Shown piece by piece: positions 27,105 to 36,058 of a DNA stretch of 64,000 nucleotides. Under the pieces are notes generated by a model. The model saw nothing but the letters and a program-made list of their open reading frames with translations, had not been told where the DNA came from and did no database searches. The DNA is from Bacilli bacterium (GTDB taxonomy: Bacteria; Bacillota_I; Bacilli_A; RFN20; CAG-826). The first letter of the stretch is position 1. Each line of letters begins with the position of its first letter. The stretch spans positions 29,872-93,871 of the forward strand of contig JAFUXB010000001.1 in assembly GCA_017477255.1 (NCBI GenBank). Reading direction: 5' to 3'. A program made the translations under genes and the position numbers.

Positions 27105-27160
27105 AAAAAATAGTTGAGATTTGCAAGGTTATTTTTTAAATTGCAGGGTTTTTAAAAGAA
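27105..27160 (+). repeat. Composite intergenic repeat element with two direct motif units (paralog of 30637-30697)
   Basis: AAAAAATAGTTGAGATTTGCAAGGTTATTTTTTAAATTGCAGGGTTTTTAAAAGAA aligns almost base for base with the element after yhaM. Confidence 0.9.
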
Positions 27161-27250
27161 AATTTAATTAAAAATTCTTTATTTTGCTAATGATAATCTA
27201 TATTTAAAAATATATAATATAAAATACAACGCATAAGGCGTTGTATTATT

Positions 27251-28516
27251 ATGGGAAAAAAGAAAAAAGATTCAAAATTAAAATATTTGATTTACTTTGT
27301 AGTTATTATTGGAGCTACAGTTGGTATTTTATTATACTCACTTTTAAAGAAAACAAATTATCAAGGTAATGAAGTTTTTACTTATGAAGTTGTTAAAGAT
27401 CTTTTTAAAACAATAAATCCTTATTTCTTTTTAGCATTTTTTGGAATCTTAATTTTAATTAATTTCTTTGGTGCTTTTGCAATTTATATGTATACACGTC
27501 TATATACTGCAAAAGTTAAATTTATGGATTCAGTTGCCACAAGAATGGTTTATATTTTTTATAATGGAATCACTCCTGGAGATAATACTGGAGGAGAATT
27601 TGCAGAAGCGGCTACACTTAAAAAACAAGGAATTCATATTTCGAATGCTGCAAGTATTGTAGTTACTCAATATATCGTTTATCAATTTTCAATTTTTATT
27701 TTAAGTGCTTTATCATTATTTGAAATTAATGAAGTTTTAAATATTGGAATTTTAAAGATTGGATCTTTTGAAATTCCTATTGTTATTTTTGTTATTGCTT
27801 CATTTGCTTTAAATGTTCTCTTATTCGGAAGTGCATTATTTATGTCAATTTCAAGAAGATTCCATAATTTTGTTATTTATAAAGTTTTAGCATTTTTAGC
27901 TAAGATAAAAATTGTTAAAAACTTAGAAAAAACACAAATTGGACTTAGAGTTAGTGTTGAAAATTTTAGAAGAGAAACAAGAAGACTTTTAACTAATATC
28001 CCATTTACAATTTTAATTTTCTTAGTAACTTTAATTATTATTTCTTTAAATTATTTATATCCATTCTTTGTTGGATTAAGTATGGGGGCATTTAATGATG
28101 GATTTAATGTTGCATTAAAAATGTGGGAATCCATCGCATTTAGTAACTTCCAACATATGGTAGTAGGACTAATTCCAATTCCTGGTGGAGCAGGAACTAG
28201 TGAATATGTCTTTAATTATCTTTTTACTGGTTATTATAGTAATGCTTTTATTGAAAAAGGTGGAACAGTTGCTTGTATGTTAGTTTGGCGTACATTCACT
28301 TTCTATATTCCTTTATTTATGGGAGCTTTAGCAATTTTACTTTATAGACCTAAAGGACAAAAAGACTTTAATCAAAATATTTATAATCTTGATAGAAAAA
28401 CATTCCACACATTACAAATTGAAACATATAATTTAAGTGTGAATAATAAAGTTTTAACTAGTGAAGAAGAAGATGAAATGGTTAATACAATTAATAAAGG
28501 AGATAAAGGCGAATGA
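27251..28516 (+). CDS. Polytopic membrane protein, UPF0104 / lysyl-PG-synthase-TM (flippase-like) family
   Basis: 421 aa, about 8 TM helices, IPIPGGAGTSE motif typical of the family. Its stop overlaps (ATGA) the start of the downstream glycosyltransferase. Confidence 0.7.
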   Translation: MGKKKKDSKLKYLIYFVVIIGATVGILLYSLLKKTNYQGNEVFTYEVVKDLFKTINPYFFLAFFGILILINFFGAFAIYMYTRLYTAKVKFMDSVATRMVYIFYNGITPGDNTGGEFAEAATLKKQGIHISNAASIVVTQYIVYQFSIFILSALSLFEINEVLNIGILKIGSFEIPIVIFVIASFALNVLLFGSALFMSISRRFHNFVIYKVLAFLAKIKIVKNLEKTQIGLRVSVENFRRETRRLLTNIPFTILIFLVTLIIISLNYLYPFFVGLSMGAFNDGFNVALKMWESIAFSNFQHMVVGLIPIPGGAGTSEYVFNYLFTGYYSNAFIEKGGTVACMLVWRTFTFYIPLFMGALAILLYRPKGQKDFNQNIYNLDRKTFHTLQIETYNLSVNNKVLTSEEEDEMVNTINKGDKGE

Positions 28517-29691
28517 GAATAGGTATTTTTACTGATACTTTCTATCCTGAAATTAATGGCGTTGCTGTTAGTTGCCTTTCTTTATATGAAACTTTAACTA
28601 AAAACGGACATGAAGTTTATGTTTTTTGTAGTGGTAAGAAGACTGAATATGATCCAGAAAAAAGAATTTATCGAATTCATGGATTATATTTAAAACGAAT
28701 TTATGGATATAGATTAGTTTTACCAGGTCATCCTAAAATTTATCGATTTATTAAATCTTTAAACTTAGATATTATTCATGTAAATACAGAAGAAATGTGT
28801 TCAATTATTGGAATGAGAGCTGCAAAACTTTTTAAAATTCCATCAGTTTATACATATCATACAAAACTTGAAGATTACACTTATTACATTACTAAAGGAA
28901 ATGAAAAATTTGATAAAGTTTCTAAAAATATTTTAAGAAGAGTTTTAAGAAAATATTGTAAATCCGTTGATGAAATTGTAGTTCCTAGCCAAGATACAAA
29001 AGATTATATTCAAACGCATGGTGTTAAAAAATATGTAAATGTAATTCCAACTGGATTTGATTTTTTGCGTTTTAAAAGTGTTGAAAAAGATAGTGAAAAG
29101 TGCCTAGAACTTAAAAAAACCCTGCAGATCTCAGATAAAAATTTTGTTTTATTAGTTTTAGGACGTATTGCAAGCGAAAAAAGTATAGATAAAGTTGTTA
29201 ATTTATTTACTAGCTATGTTAAAGAAAAAAACAATACAGATATGCGCTTATTAATTGTTGGTGACGGCCCTTATTTAAATGCAATTAAGAAAGTAGTAGA
29301 AATTAATAAAATAGAAAAACAAGTTATTTTTACAGGTAAAGTTCCTTCAAATGAAACTCAATATTATTATGCAATTTCAGATGTATTTTTAAATGCATCA
29401 ACAACGGAAACGCAAGGTTTAACTTATATGGAAGCAATGTGTTCTAAATTAATTTTACTTGTAAAAAGAGCCAAAAACTTAGAAGGCGTTATTAGAGATG
29501 GTAAAAACGGTTTTATTTTTGATTCTCAAGAAGACTTCTTAGAAAAATTAGATAAAATTTATAATTTAAGTGGTAAAGAAAAAGAAAGAATAATATTAAA
29601 TTCAATTTATTCTATGAATAAATATTCTGCAGAAGCATTTTATAATAATATTATGGTAGTATATGAAAGAGCAAAGAAAGATAGATATTAA
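28513..29691 (+). CDS. GT4 glycosyltransferase, 1,2-diacylglycerol 3-alpha-glucosyltransferase (MGS)-like glycolipid synthase
   Basis: MRIGIFTDTFYPEINGVAVS N-terminus and the E-x7-E region (TETQGLTYMEAM) are typical of MGS-type GT4 enzymes. Confidence 0.8.
   Translation: MRIGIFTDTFYPEINGVAVSCLSLYETLTKNGHEVYVFCSGKKTEYDPEKRIYRIHGLYLKRIYGYRLVLPGHPKIYRFIKSLNLDIIHVNTEEMCSIIGMRAAKLFKIPSVYTYHTKLEDYTYYITKGNEKFDKVSKNILRRVLRKYCKSVDEIVVPSQDTKDYIQTHGVKKYVNVIPTGFDFLRFKSVEKDSEKCLELKKTLQISDKNFVLLVLGRIASEKSIDKVVNLFTSYVKEKNNTDMRLLIVGDGPYLNAIKKVVEINKIEKQVIFTGKVPSNETQYYYAISDVFLNASTTETQGLTYMEAMCSKLILLVKRAKNLEGVIRDGKNGFIFDSQEDFLEKLDKIYNLSGKEKERIILNSIYSMNKYSAEAFYNNIMVVYERAKKDRY
29113..29133 (-). repeat. Dispersed motif copy (reverse orientation) inside the GT4 gene
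   Basis: The + strand reads AAAAAAACCCTGCAGATCTCA. The reverse complement is TGAGATCTGCAGGGTTTTTTT. Read as KKTLQIS. Confidence 0.85.
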
Positions 29692-29702
29692 GGAGGAAAA
29701 TT

Positions 29703-30632
29703 ATGATTAGTGAATTAAAACATGGACAAAATGGATCAGGAATTTATTTAATTAATAATGTTAGTCGTGGAATAACTACTGATGGAAGACAATATCTTAA
29801 TATAACTCTTCAAGATAAAAGTGGTGTTATCGAAGGTAAAAAGTGGGAAATCTTTGATGGAGACTTAGATATTGCTGTTAAAGGAAATATAATTAGAATT
29901 GATGGCGAAGCTTATGAATATAAAGAAAAACTTCAAATGAAGATTTTTAAAATTTATAAAGTTGACCAAAATAGTGTTGATTTAGATAGTTTAATTATAA
30001 GTAGTCCAATACCAAAAGATGTTTTAATTGAAGAATTTAAAGCATTTTGGAATTCAATTAAAAATGAAGATTGTAAGAAAATTTTAGATGAAATTTTTGC
30101 TAAATATTACGATAAATATATTGATTATCCAGCAGCAGCAAGAAATCATCACGAATTTTATCATGGAATATTGCATCACTCAGTCAGTATGTGTAAAGTT
30201 GCTGAACAAGTAGCTAAAATATACAATGATGTCGATAGAGATTTATTAATAACTGGTTGCATGCTTCATGATATTGGTAAAGTTTATGAATTATCTGGTC
30301 CAATTTCACCTTCATATACTGTTGAAGGGGCATTATTAGGTCATATTTCAATTGGTATGGCTATTATTAATGAAGCAAGTTTGAAATTAAATATAACAAG
30401 TGAAGTTCCTTTACTTTTAAAACATATGATTTTAGCTCACCATGGTAAACAAGAATTTGGTTCACCAGTTACTCCATTAACTCGTGAGGCATTACTCTTA
30501 TCAATGATTGATGATATGGATGCAAAAATGATGATGCTCGATAAAGCTTATAAAGATGTTGAACCAGGTGAATTTACTGATAGAATTTTTGCAATTAACA
30601 ACAATCCATTCTATAAGAAAAAAGACGAATAA
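29703..30632 (+). CDS. yhaM: 3'-5' exoribonuclease YhaM (OB-fold + HD domain)
   Basis: N-terminal OB fold (GRQYLNITLQDKSGVIEGKKWE) and HD domain (HHSVSM...MLHDIGK...HHG). 309 aa, like B. subtilis YhaM. Confidence 0.85.
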   Translation: MISELKHGQNGSGIYLINNVSRGITTDGRQYLNITLQDKSGVIEGKKWEIFDGDLDIAVKGNIIRIDGEAYEYKEKLQMKIFKIYKVDQNSVDLDSLIISSPIPKDVLIEEFKAFWNSIKNEDCKKILDEIFAKYYDKYIDYPAAARNHHEFYHGILHHSVSMCKVAEQVAKIYNDVDRDLLITGCMLHDIGKVYELSGPISPSYTVEGALLGHISIGMAIINEASLKLNITSEVPLLLKHMILAHHGKQEFGSPVTPLTREALLLSMIDDMDAKMMMLDKAYKDVEPGEFTDRIFAINNNPFYKKKDE

Positions 30633-30636
30633 AAAT

Positions 30637-30697
30637 AAAAATAGTTGAGTTCTGCAGGGTTTTTGATTTAAACTGCAGGGTTTTTAAAAGAAAAAAG
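30637..30697 (+). repeat. Composite intergenic repeat element with two direct motif units (paralog of 27105-27160)
   Basis: AAAAATAGTTGAGTTCTGCAGGGTTTTTGATTTAAACTGCAGGGTTTTTAAAAGAAAAAA begins 5 nt after the yhaM stop. Confidence 0.9.
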
Positions 30698-30721
30698 TAT
30701 TTCGGATTGAAATACTTTTTT
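30692..30721. terminator. Bidirectional terminator between convergent yhaM and the HIT gene
   Basis: AAAAAGTATTTC-ggatt-GAAATACTTTTT perfect 12-bp stem with A/T runs on both sides. Confidence 0.8.
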
Positions 30722-30758
30722 CATAGGTTAATTAGCTTACTAAGTAAGCAAGGATAAT

Positions 30759-31184
30759 TTATTTTAAACTATTTGTAAGGGTTTCTGCAATAGCAGGAAG
30801 ATTTAAGTTTTGATCATTTTCTTTCATTGTAATTTCAAAACCTTCTTTATTTTTATAACGTGGAATTACATGAATGTGGAAATGATTTACAGTTTGACCT
30901 GCAGCTTCATAACAATTAGTTAAAATATTAACTCCTAAAGCATGTAAATCATGAATAGCAACTTGACCAATTCTTTGAGCAAGGTTAAACATTTTGTTCA
31001 TGATTTCTTTTGGACAAGTTAAGAAGTTGTCATAATGTTTTTTACAAATGACTAAAGTATGACCATATGTAACTTGTGAGATGTCTAAAAATGCCATTAC
31101 ATCATCATCTTCATAAATAACATTTGATTTAATTTCATGATTTGCAATTTTACAAAAAATACAGTTTTTATCGTAGTTTTCCAT
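30759..31184 (-). CDS. HIT-family (histidine triad) nucleotide hydrolase
   Basis: CIFCKI...YGHTLV...TVNHFHIHVIPR histidine triad motif. 141 aa. Confidence 0.92.
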   Translation of the reverse strand: MENYDKNCIFCKIANHEIKSNVIYEDDDVMAFLDISQVTYGHTLVICKKHYDNFLTCPKEIMNKMFNLAQRIGQVAIHDLHALGVNILTNCYEAAGQTVNHFHIHVIPRYKNKEGFEITMKENDQNLNLPAIAETLTNSLK

Positions 31185-31204
31185 TTTTATATCTCCTTTA
31201 AAAT

Positions 31205-31230
31205 AAAAGGAGCAGAAGTCTGCTCCTTTT
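31205..31230. terminator. Hairpin terminator/attenuator between the lipoprotein operon and the HIT gene
   Basis: AAAAGGAGCAG-aagt-CTGCTCCTTTT perfect 11-bp stem. Confidence 0.7.
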
Positions 31231-31236
31231 TAAATA

Positions 31237-33084
31237 TTAATCAAATAAATCAGGATATGCACTTAACATGTAATCATAGATTGATTGATCATGATATTTG
31301 AAATCAAGTTTTTCAAGATAGTGTAAGTAGGCAGTATTTTTATAAGTATCGCCACTTGCCATATTGTAACCGATTTCACGTGCAATAGCTTCTTTTTCAT
31401 TAGTAGTGTAATCTTCACTGCTTAATGATAATTTTGATTGTGAAATAGCTTCTTCGACTTCAACAATGTAGAATGTTGAACCATCTCTTAAGATAACGCT
31501 ATCTTTTAATTGTTCAGTTTGAGCATTTTGTTTCTTTAAGAAATATCTTCCGTTTTCTTCAACGATGAAGTCTGATTGTTGGAATTCACCAGTATTAATT
31601 GGAGTATCAACACTTACATTATATTTAAATAAGATATCACTAATTGCTGATGGTAAACTTGAGAATCCATTATCTTTAGTTCCCCAACCAGTTGTGACAT
31701 ATGATTTAGTTTTAAGATCATTGATCTTTAATTCTAAACCCTTTGAAAGTTCATAAGTTGAGCTATTTGTGAATGATAACCATTGTTCATTACTTGTTCC
31801 ATCATTCTTATCATCATTAATTTTTGCATAATCAGTAATTAATGAGCCGTAATCAGTATTTTTGAAGAAATAGTGATCTGCGCCATCAATGTAAGAAGTA
31901 CCAGTTTTTCCATTGTTAATAGCTTCATCGTGAGTTTTAACAATTTGGAAATTACTTTCAAGTAATAAATCAACACTTTCGTTTGCTCCAGCAACATATG
32001 AAGCGTTATCTGTAAAGACACCCTTCCATGCTTCTGATAAGACATCGAAATCAATTGGTTGATATTCGCCATCTTTAACAGCATCAGTTTTCTTACTTCC
32101 ATTTCCTGAAATATAATCAGCAACGAAGTTTTCAACTAATCTACGAGCGGCATTAACATTTGTTGTATCTGTTGCGATAGAAACATAGTTAATTTTTCTA
32201 GCTTGAGTTCTACTTAATGTAGTGTATTGATTATCTAAGATATATTGTTCAACAAGTAATGTATCTAAGATATCAGGAATAATATTTTTGTTTACATGTT
32301 TTGCATATAAACCAAGGTGTAACATTGGAGCACCAGTTGAGTTATCACTTCCTAAGTAGGATTCGATGTTATCGCTACTAATAGTGCTATCAATTAAGAT
32401 TTTATTAGTGAATGGATAAGTATCAACTTCTGGACCGGCTAAGTCTTCATAATTTCTTTCCCATTCTTCATCATAAATATTAATTGCACCATCTTTTGAT
32501 AAATCATCATCAAAACCAGTGATTGTAGTTGATTCGAATTTTGCTCTAGCAAATTTATATTCATAGAAGTAGTTATCTTCTTTATATGAAGATGAATTTG
32601 CATCATCGAATAATCTCTTAGCAACTTTTTCTTTAACAATGTCTTTTAATAATTGGACACGGTTTTTAATATCTTCTGTTAATTCAGTTGGTTCTGTTGC
32701 TTTATAAATTTTTGAACCTTCTTCAGTTTCTTTCTTATCCCAATAGATTTCGTGTTTTTTAACGAATTCTAATTGAGTTTCAGCTGATTCATCATCATAA
32801 CCTTCAAGTTTGATGGTTCCATCTTCTAATAAAGTGAAGTTTCCGATATAACCTTTAGCATATCTTTCTAAGATTATATCTCTAATTGTTGCACCAGTTG
32901 AAGATGAATCGTGAAGTTTTTCATAAATATAAGTTAAATCATCATTTGTTAAGATTGATTGATTTTCACTTACTTTAGCATCACTACTTAATGCTGGATA
33001 AATTTTTTCATTACATGAAGCAAGAAGGAGTGAACAAGCTGCGACGCTAACAAGTAATAATTTTTTATTAAGCTTTGCTGACAT
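31237..33084 (-). CDS. Lipoprotein, SurA-N/PrsA-chaperone-like paralog (no clear PPIase motif seen)
   Basis: Start MSAKLNKKLLLVSVAACSLLLASC (lipobox LLASC) with GGAGGA 9 nt upstream. The ORF-track start at 33126 lies inside the upstream gene. Its N-terminal region resembles that of the upstream lipoprotein. Confidence 0.65.
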   Translation of the reverse strand: MSAKLNKKLLLVSVAACSLLLASCNEKIYPALSSDAKVSENQSILTNDDLTYIYEKLHDSSSTGATIRDIILERYAKGYIGNFTLLEDGTIKLEGYDDESAETQLEFVKKHEIYWDKKETEEGSKIYKATEPTELTEDIKNRVQLLKDIVKEKVAKRLFDDANSSSYKEDNYFYEYKFARAKFESTTITGFDDDLSKDGAINIYDEEWERNYEDLAGPEVDTYPFTNKILIDSTISSDNIESYLGSDNSTGAPMLHLGLYAKHVNKNIIPDILDTLLVEQYILDNQYTTLSRTQARKINYVSIATDTTNVNAARRLVENFVADYISGNGSKKTDAVKDGEYQPIDFDVLSEAWKGVFTDNASYVAGANESVDLLLESNFQIVKTHDEAINNGKTGTSYIDGADHYFFKNTDYGSLITDYAKINDDKNDGTSNEQWLSFTNSSTYELSKGLELKINDLKTKSYVTTGWGTKDNGFSSLPSAISDILFKYNVSVDTPINTGEFQQSDFIVEENGRYFLKKQNAQTEQLKDSVILRDGSTFYIVEVEEAISQSKLSLSSEDYTTNEKEAIAREIGYNMASGDTYKNTAYLHYLEKLDFKYHDQSIYDYMLSAYPDLFD

Positions 33085-35044
33085 ATTTACAAATTCCTCC
33101 ATCTTCATAACCTGTACCACTTGCAAAACCTAATGCACAAGTTTCTGGAATAAGTTTAGTCTTTCTTTCTTGTTTTTGGTTTTCAAGGTAAGTTAAGTAA
33201 TCTTTCCAAGTTTTGTTATCAATTTTGAAGTTCTTTTCGTTCTTGGCGATTTCTTTATAGACGTATTTGTTAATGATTTCAGTAACATTAGTTTCTTTTC
33301 CACCACTAACAGTAACAGTAACAGTAGCCTCTTCACCGCTATCATTTACAGTTTCCATAAGCCATAAATAAACACGGTAATTGTATGATGGGTCAAATGA
33401 TTTAATTGTACTCTTTAAAGTATCTGCTCTACTTGTATATGAGTTATAATCACTGACGACGTTGTTAATATATGATTTTTTATTAACAGTTTTTCCAGAG
33501 AATTCAACGTGTGGGAAATTAGAATTTAATCTACCACTTAAAGTAACTGGAGATTCAGCAGCATAATATTCATTTAAAGTAGAAGTATAAGTTCCAACTT
33601 CATTGCCATCTGTATCTAAGTAAGCATAAGTTGCGGTTTTTTCAAGTGCGCTTCTTTCAATAGTAATGAAATGAACGCCTTGATAATCGCTAGTCCCTGC
33701 TCTTACAACTAAGATAGGATTTCCATTTTCATCACATAATACTTTTGACATAACTGTGCCATCTTTTAATGTGATATCTTTAAATCCTGATTTGTGAGCT
33801 TGATCAATGCTAAGACCAGTTGTATCACCAGTATAAGCACTTCCAACTGCCCATTTTCCATCAGCATCTAAATCTGTGTAGTAAGTATTTCCAACAGTAC
33901 CTGTTTGTCCTTTAGTTTTTAAAGTTGCGGCATCATCAAATTTTGTATCTGTTAAAGTAATAAATCCAAAATTGTGATTGTTGAAGTATTTATTAAAGAT
34001 AATGTTACGTGGGTAATAGTTCATATTTCCATCGTTAACTTCTTTGTTTTCGGCATTTTTAGTGAGTGATTTTAAGTTATATAATTCTTGAACTGCAGCA
34101 AATGGAATATTTGCAACACCTAAAGCTTCAAATTGAGCTTTAGTATCAAGCATATTGAATGGATCTTCATCAGTAGCAAGAGAAGCTTTAACTTCAGCGT
34201 TGTTATTGAATAAAGTGTCATAAGTATAAACACCTAATTTAAATTCATTAACAAATGAAGTGGCTTTATCCATGATACCTAAGTTACCATAGCTAGTAGC
34301 TGAATCTTCTGAGTGGTCTTCAGCAACAGTACCGAATGATGCACCAGTTGCTAATGCTTCAACTACGTTATATAAATCTTCTGCGTCTGATTCACTAATT
34401 TGGCCGTTATAAATTGTGTTACTACCAGCATCAACTTTAACTAAAATGTGTCTTACGTGATATGGAAGTCTTTTTTCTAAATAACCATTTTCACCTGAGA
34501 AAATGTTGTATTTTTCTTGAAGTTCATCACCTGAAATATCTTTCCAATCTTTGAATTTTTCATAGAATTGATCAGTAATTTCTGATTTCATTTCTTCAAG
34601 TTCGTATTTTTCTCTTAATCTTTCTGTTGTTCTTTTGCCTTCTCTATAAGAACTTAATTCAGAATCAAGGATTTTATTCCATTCATCTTTGTATTGAGTC
34701 TTATTGGAGTCTGCATTTTCTTGAGCTTTGTTTTCTTGTTGTTTGATTCTGATATCAGCTTCATTTTTGATGTCATCAAGTAATGCTTTGTTTTCTTCCT
34801 TTGAGAAATACTTTTTAACAAATGCGTCATAAGCATAACCATAAAGGTCTGAAGTAGCACTTGAATCATTTTCGAAATAGTTAAGAAGTAAGTCATCAGT
34901 TGTAAAGTCAACTGCGACACCGCTTTGATCGACATATGATAATAAAGTGCCATTCTTAGAAGTAACAGTTTCATTACAAGAGACTAAAGAAGCTGCAGCA
35001 GTGATACAAGCAAGTACAGATAATGCTTTGTTGCATTTCTTCAT
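33068..35044 (-). CDS. PrsA-like foldase lipoprotein (parvulin-type peptidyl-prolyl isomerase domain)
   Basis: Lipobox SLVSC. Parvulin start YHVRHILVKV and ...YGNLGIMDKATSFVNEFKLGV. 658 aa. Confidence 0.7.
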   Translation of the reverse strand: MKKCNKALSVLACITAAASLVSCNETVTSKNGTLLSYVDQSGVAVDFTTDDLLLNYFENDSSATSDLYGYAYDAFVKKYFSKEENKALLDDIKNEADIRIKQQENKAQENADSNKTQYKDEWNKILDSELSSYREGKRTTERLREKYELEEMKSEITDQFYEKFKDWKDISGDELQEKYNIFSGENGYLEKRLPYHVRHILVKVDAGSNTIYNGQISESDAEDLYNVVEALATGASFGTVAEDHSEDSATSYGNLGIMDKATSFVNEFKLGVYTYDTLFNNNAEVKASLATDEDPFNMLDTKAQFEALGVANIPFAAVQELYNLKSLTKNAENKEVNDGNMNYYPRNIIFNKYFNNHNFGFITLTDTKFDDAATLKTKGQTGTVGNTYYTDLDADGKWAVGSAYTGDTTGLSIDQAHKSGFKDITLKDGTVMSKVLCDENGNPILVVRAGTSDYQGVHFITIERSALEKTATYAYLDTDGNEVGTYTSTLNEYYAAESPVTLSGRLNSNFPHVEFSGKTVNKKSYINNVVSDYNSYTSRADTLKSTIKSFDPSYNYRVYLWLMETVNDSGEEATVTVTVSGGKETNVTEIINKYVYKEIAKNEKNFKIDNKTWKDYLTYLENQKQERKTKLIPETCALGFASGTGYEDGGICKYVSKA

Positions 35045-35173
35045 ATCATGTCTCCTCCTAAATATCTATTAACTCTAATAGCAATTATTAATTTTATACT
35101 TATAGTATAAAAAACTCAATAGGAAATTTTTCGCCATTTTTGGGCTTTAAATTAACAAAAAAAGTCGTTTGAT

Positions 35174-35202
35174 TTGATATAAAAATGTAAAATATATACA
35201 AT
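35174..35202 (+). promoter_or_regulatory. Sigma-A-type promoter of the suf operon
   Basis: TTGATA (35174-35179), 17 nt, TACAAT (35197-35202). GAGG RBS and ATG 35225 lie downstream. Confidence 0.5.
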
Positions 35203-35224
35203 AAACACGCTTGAGGTTTTATGT

Positions 35225-36058
35225 ATGAAAAAACTAGTTATTAAAGATTTACATGTCGAAGTTGAAAATAAAGAAATTTTAAAGGGAGTTAACCTTGAAA
35301 TTAATGAACATGAGATGGTTGCCTTACTTGGTCCAAATGGTCATGGAAAATCAACTTTATTTGCTGCAATTATGGGCAATCCACACTATAAAGTAACGAG
35401 TGGATCTATATTTTATAATGATGTTGATGTTTTAAGTTTAACTGTTGATGAAAGAAGTAAACTTGGTTTATTTTTGGCTTTCCAAAACCCATACGAAATT
35501 CCTGGAGTTGTTAGTGCAGACTTTTATAAAAGTGCATTAAATGCTAGAAGCGATACAAAAGTTAGCTTATATAAATTCTATAAACAATTAGAAAACGCAT
35601 GTGCTGAAGTTAAAATTCCTTTTGAAATGGTAAATCGTATGTTAAATGAAGGATTTAGTGGTGGAGAAAAGAAAAGAAACGAAATTTTGCAAATGATTTT
35701 ACTTAATCCATCTCTTGCAATGCTTGACGAAATTGATAGTGGACTTGATGTTGATGCAATAAATGTTGTAAGTGAACAAATTAGAAAACAATTTGAAACT
35801 CAAAATACAAGTTTCTTAGTTATTTCTCACTATGCTCGTTTATTCACTTTAATTAAACCAACTAAAGCTTATGTCATGATTAATGGAAGAATTGTCAAAG
35901 AAGGAAATGAAGAATTAATTTCCAAAATTGATAAAGATGGATATGAATGGATTGGTGAAGAACTTGGTATAAGTGTTGAAAAAGAAGATACTGCAATGAA
36001 TAAAGTTTCAATTGGAGTATGTGGTACAAAAGAAGCAATTAAGAAGGCAAATAAATAA
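35225..36058 (+). CDS. sufC: Fe-S cluster assembly ATPase SufC
   Basis: LVIKDLHVEV..KEILKGVNL.I...E.VALLGPNGHGKSTL, FSGGEKKRNEILQM. Confidence 0.95.
   Translation: MKKLVIKDLHVEVENKEILKGVNLEINEHEMVALLGPNGHGKSTLFAAIMGNPHYKVTSGSIFYNDVDVLSLTVDERSKLGLFLAFQNPYEIPGVVSADFYKSALNARSDTKVSLYKFYKQLENACAEVKIPFEMVNRMLNEGFSGGEKKRNEILQMILLNPSLAMLDEIDSGLDVDAINVVSEQIRKQFETQNTSFLVISHYARLFTLIKPTKAYVMINGRIVKEGNEELISKIDKDGYEWIGEELGISVEKEDTAMNKVSIGVCGTKEAIKKANK

Noticed and set aside
27105-27160. The direct repeats in the composite elements (27105 and 30637) as a mini-CRISPR array.
   Set aside because: There are only two units of 12-16 nt with about 8-nt spacers, no cas genes, and the same units occur singly inside genes. 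This is not CRISPR architecture.
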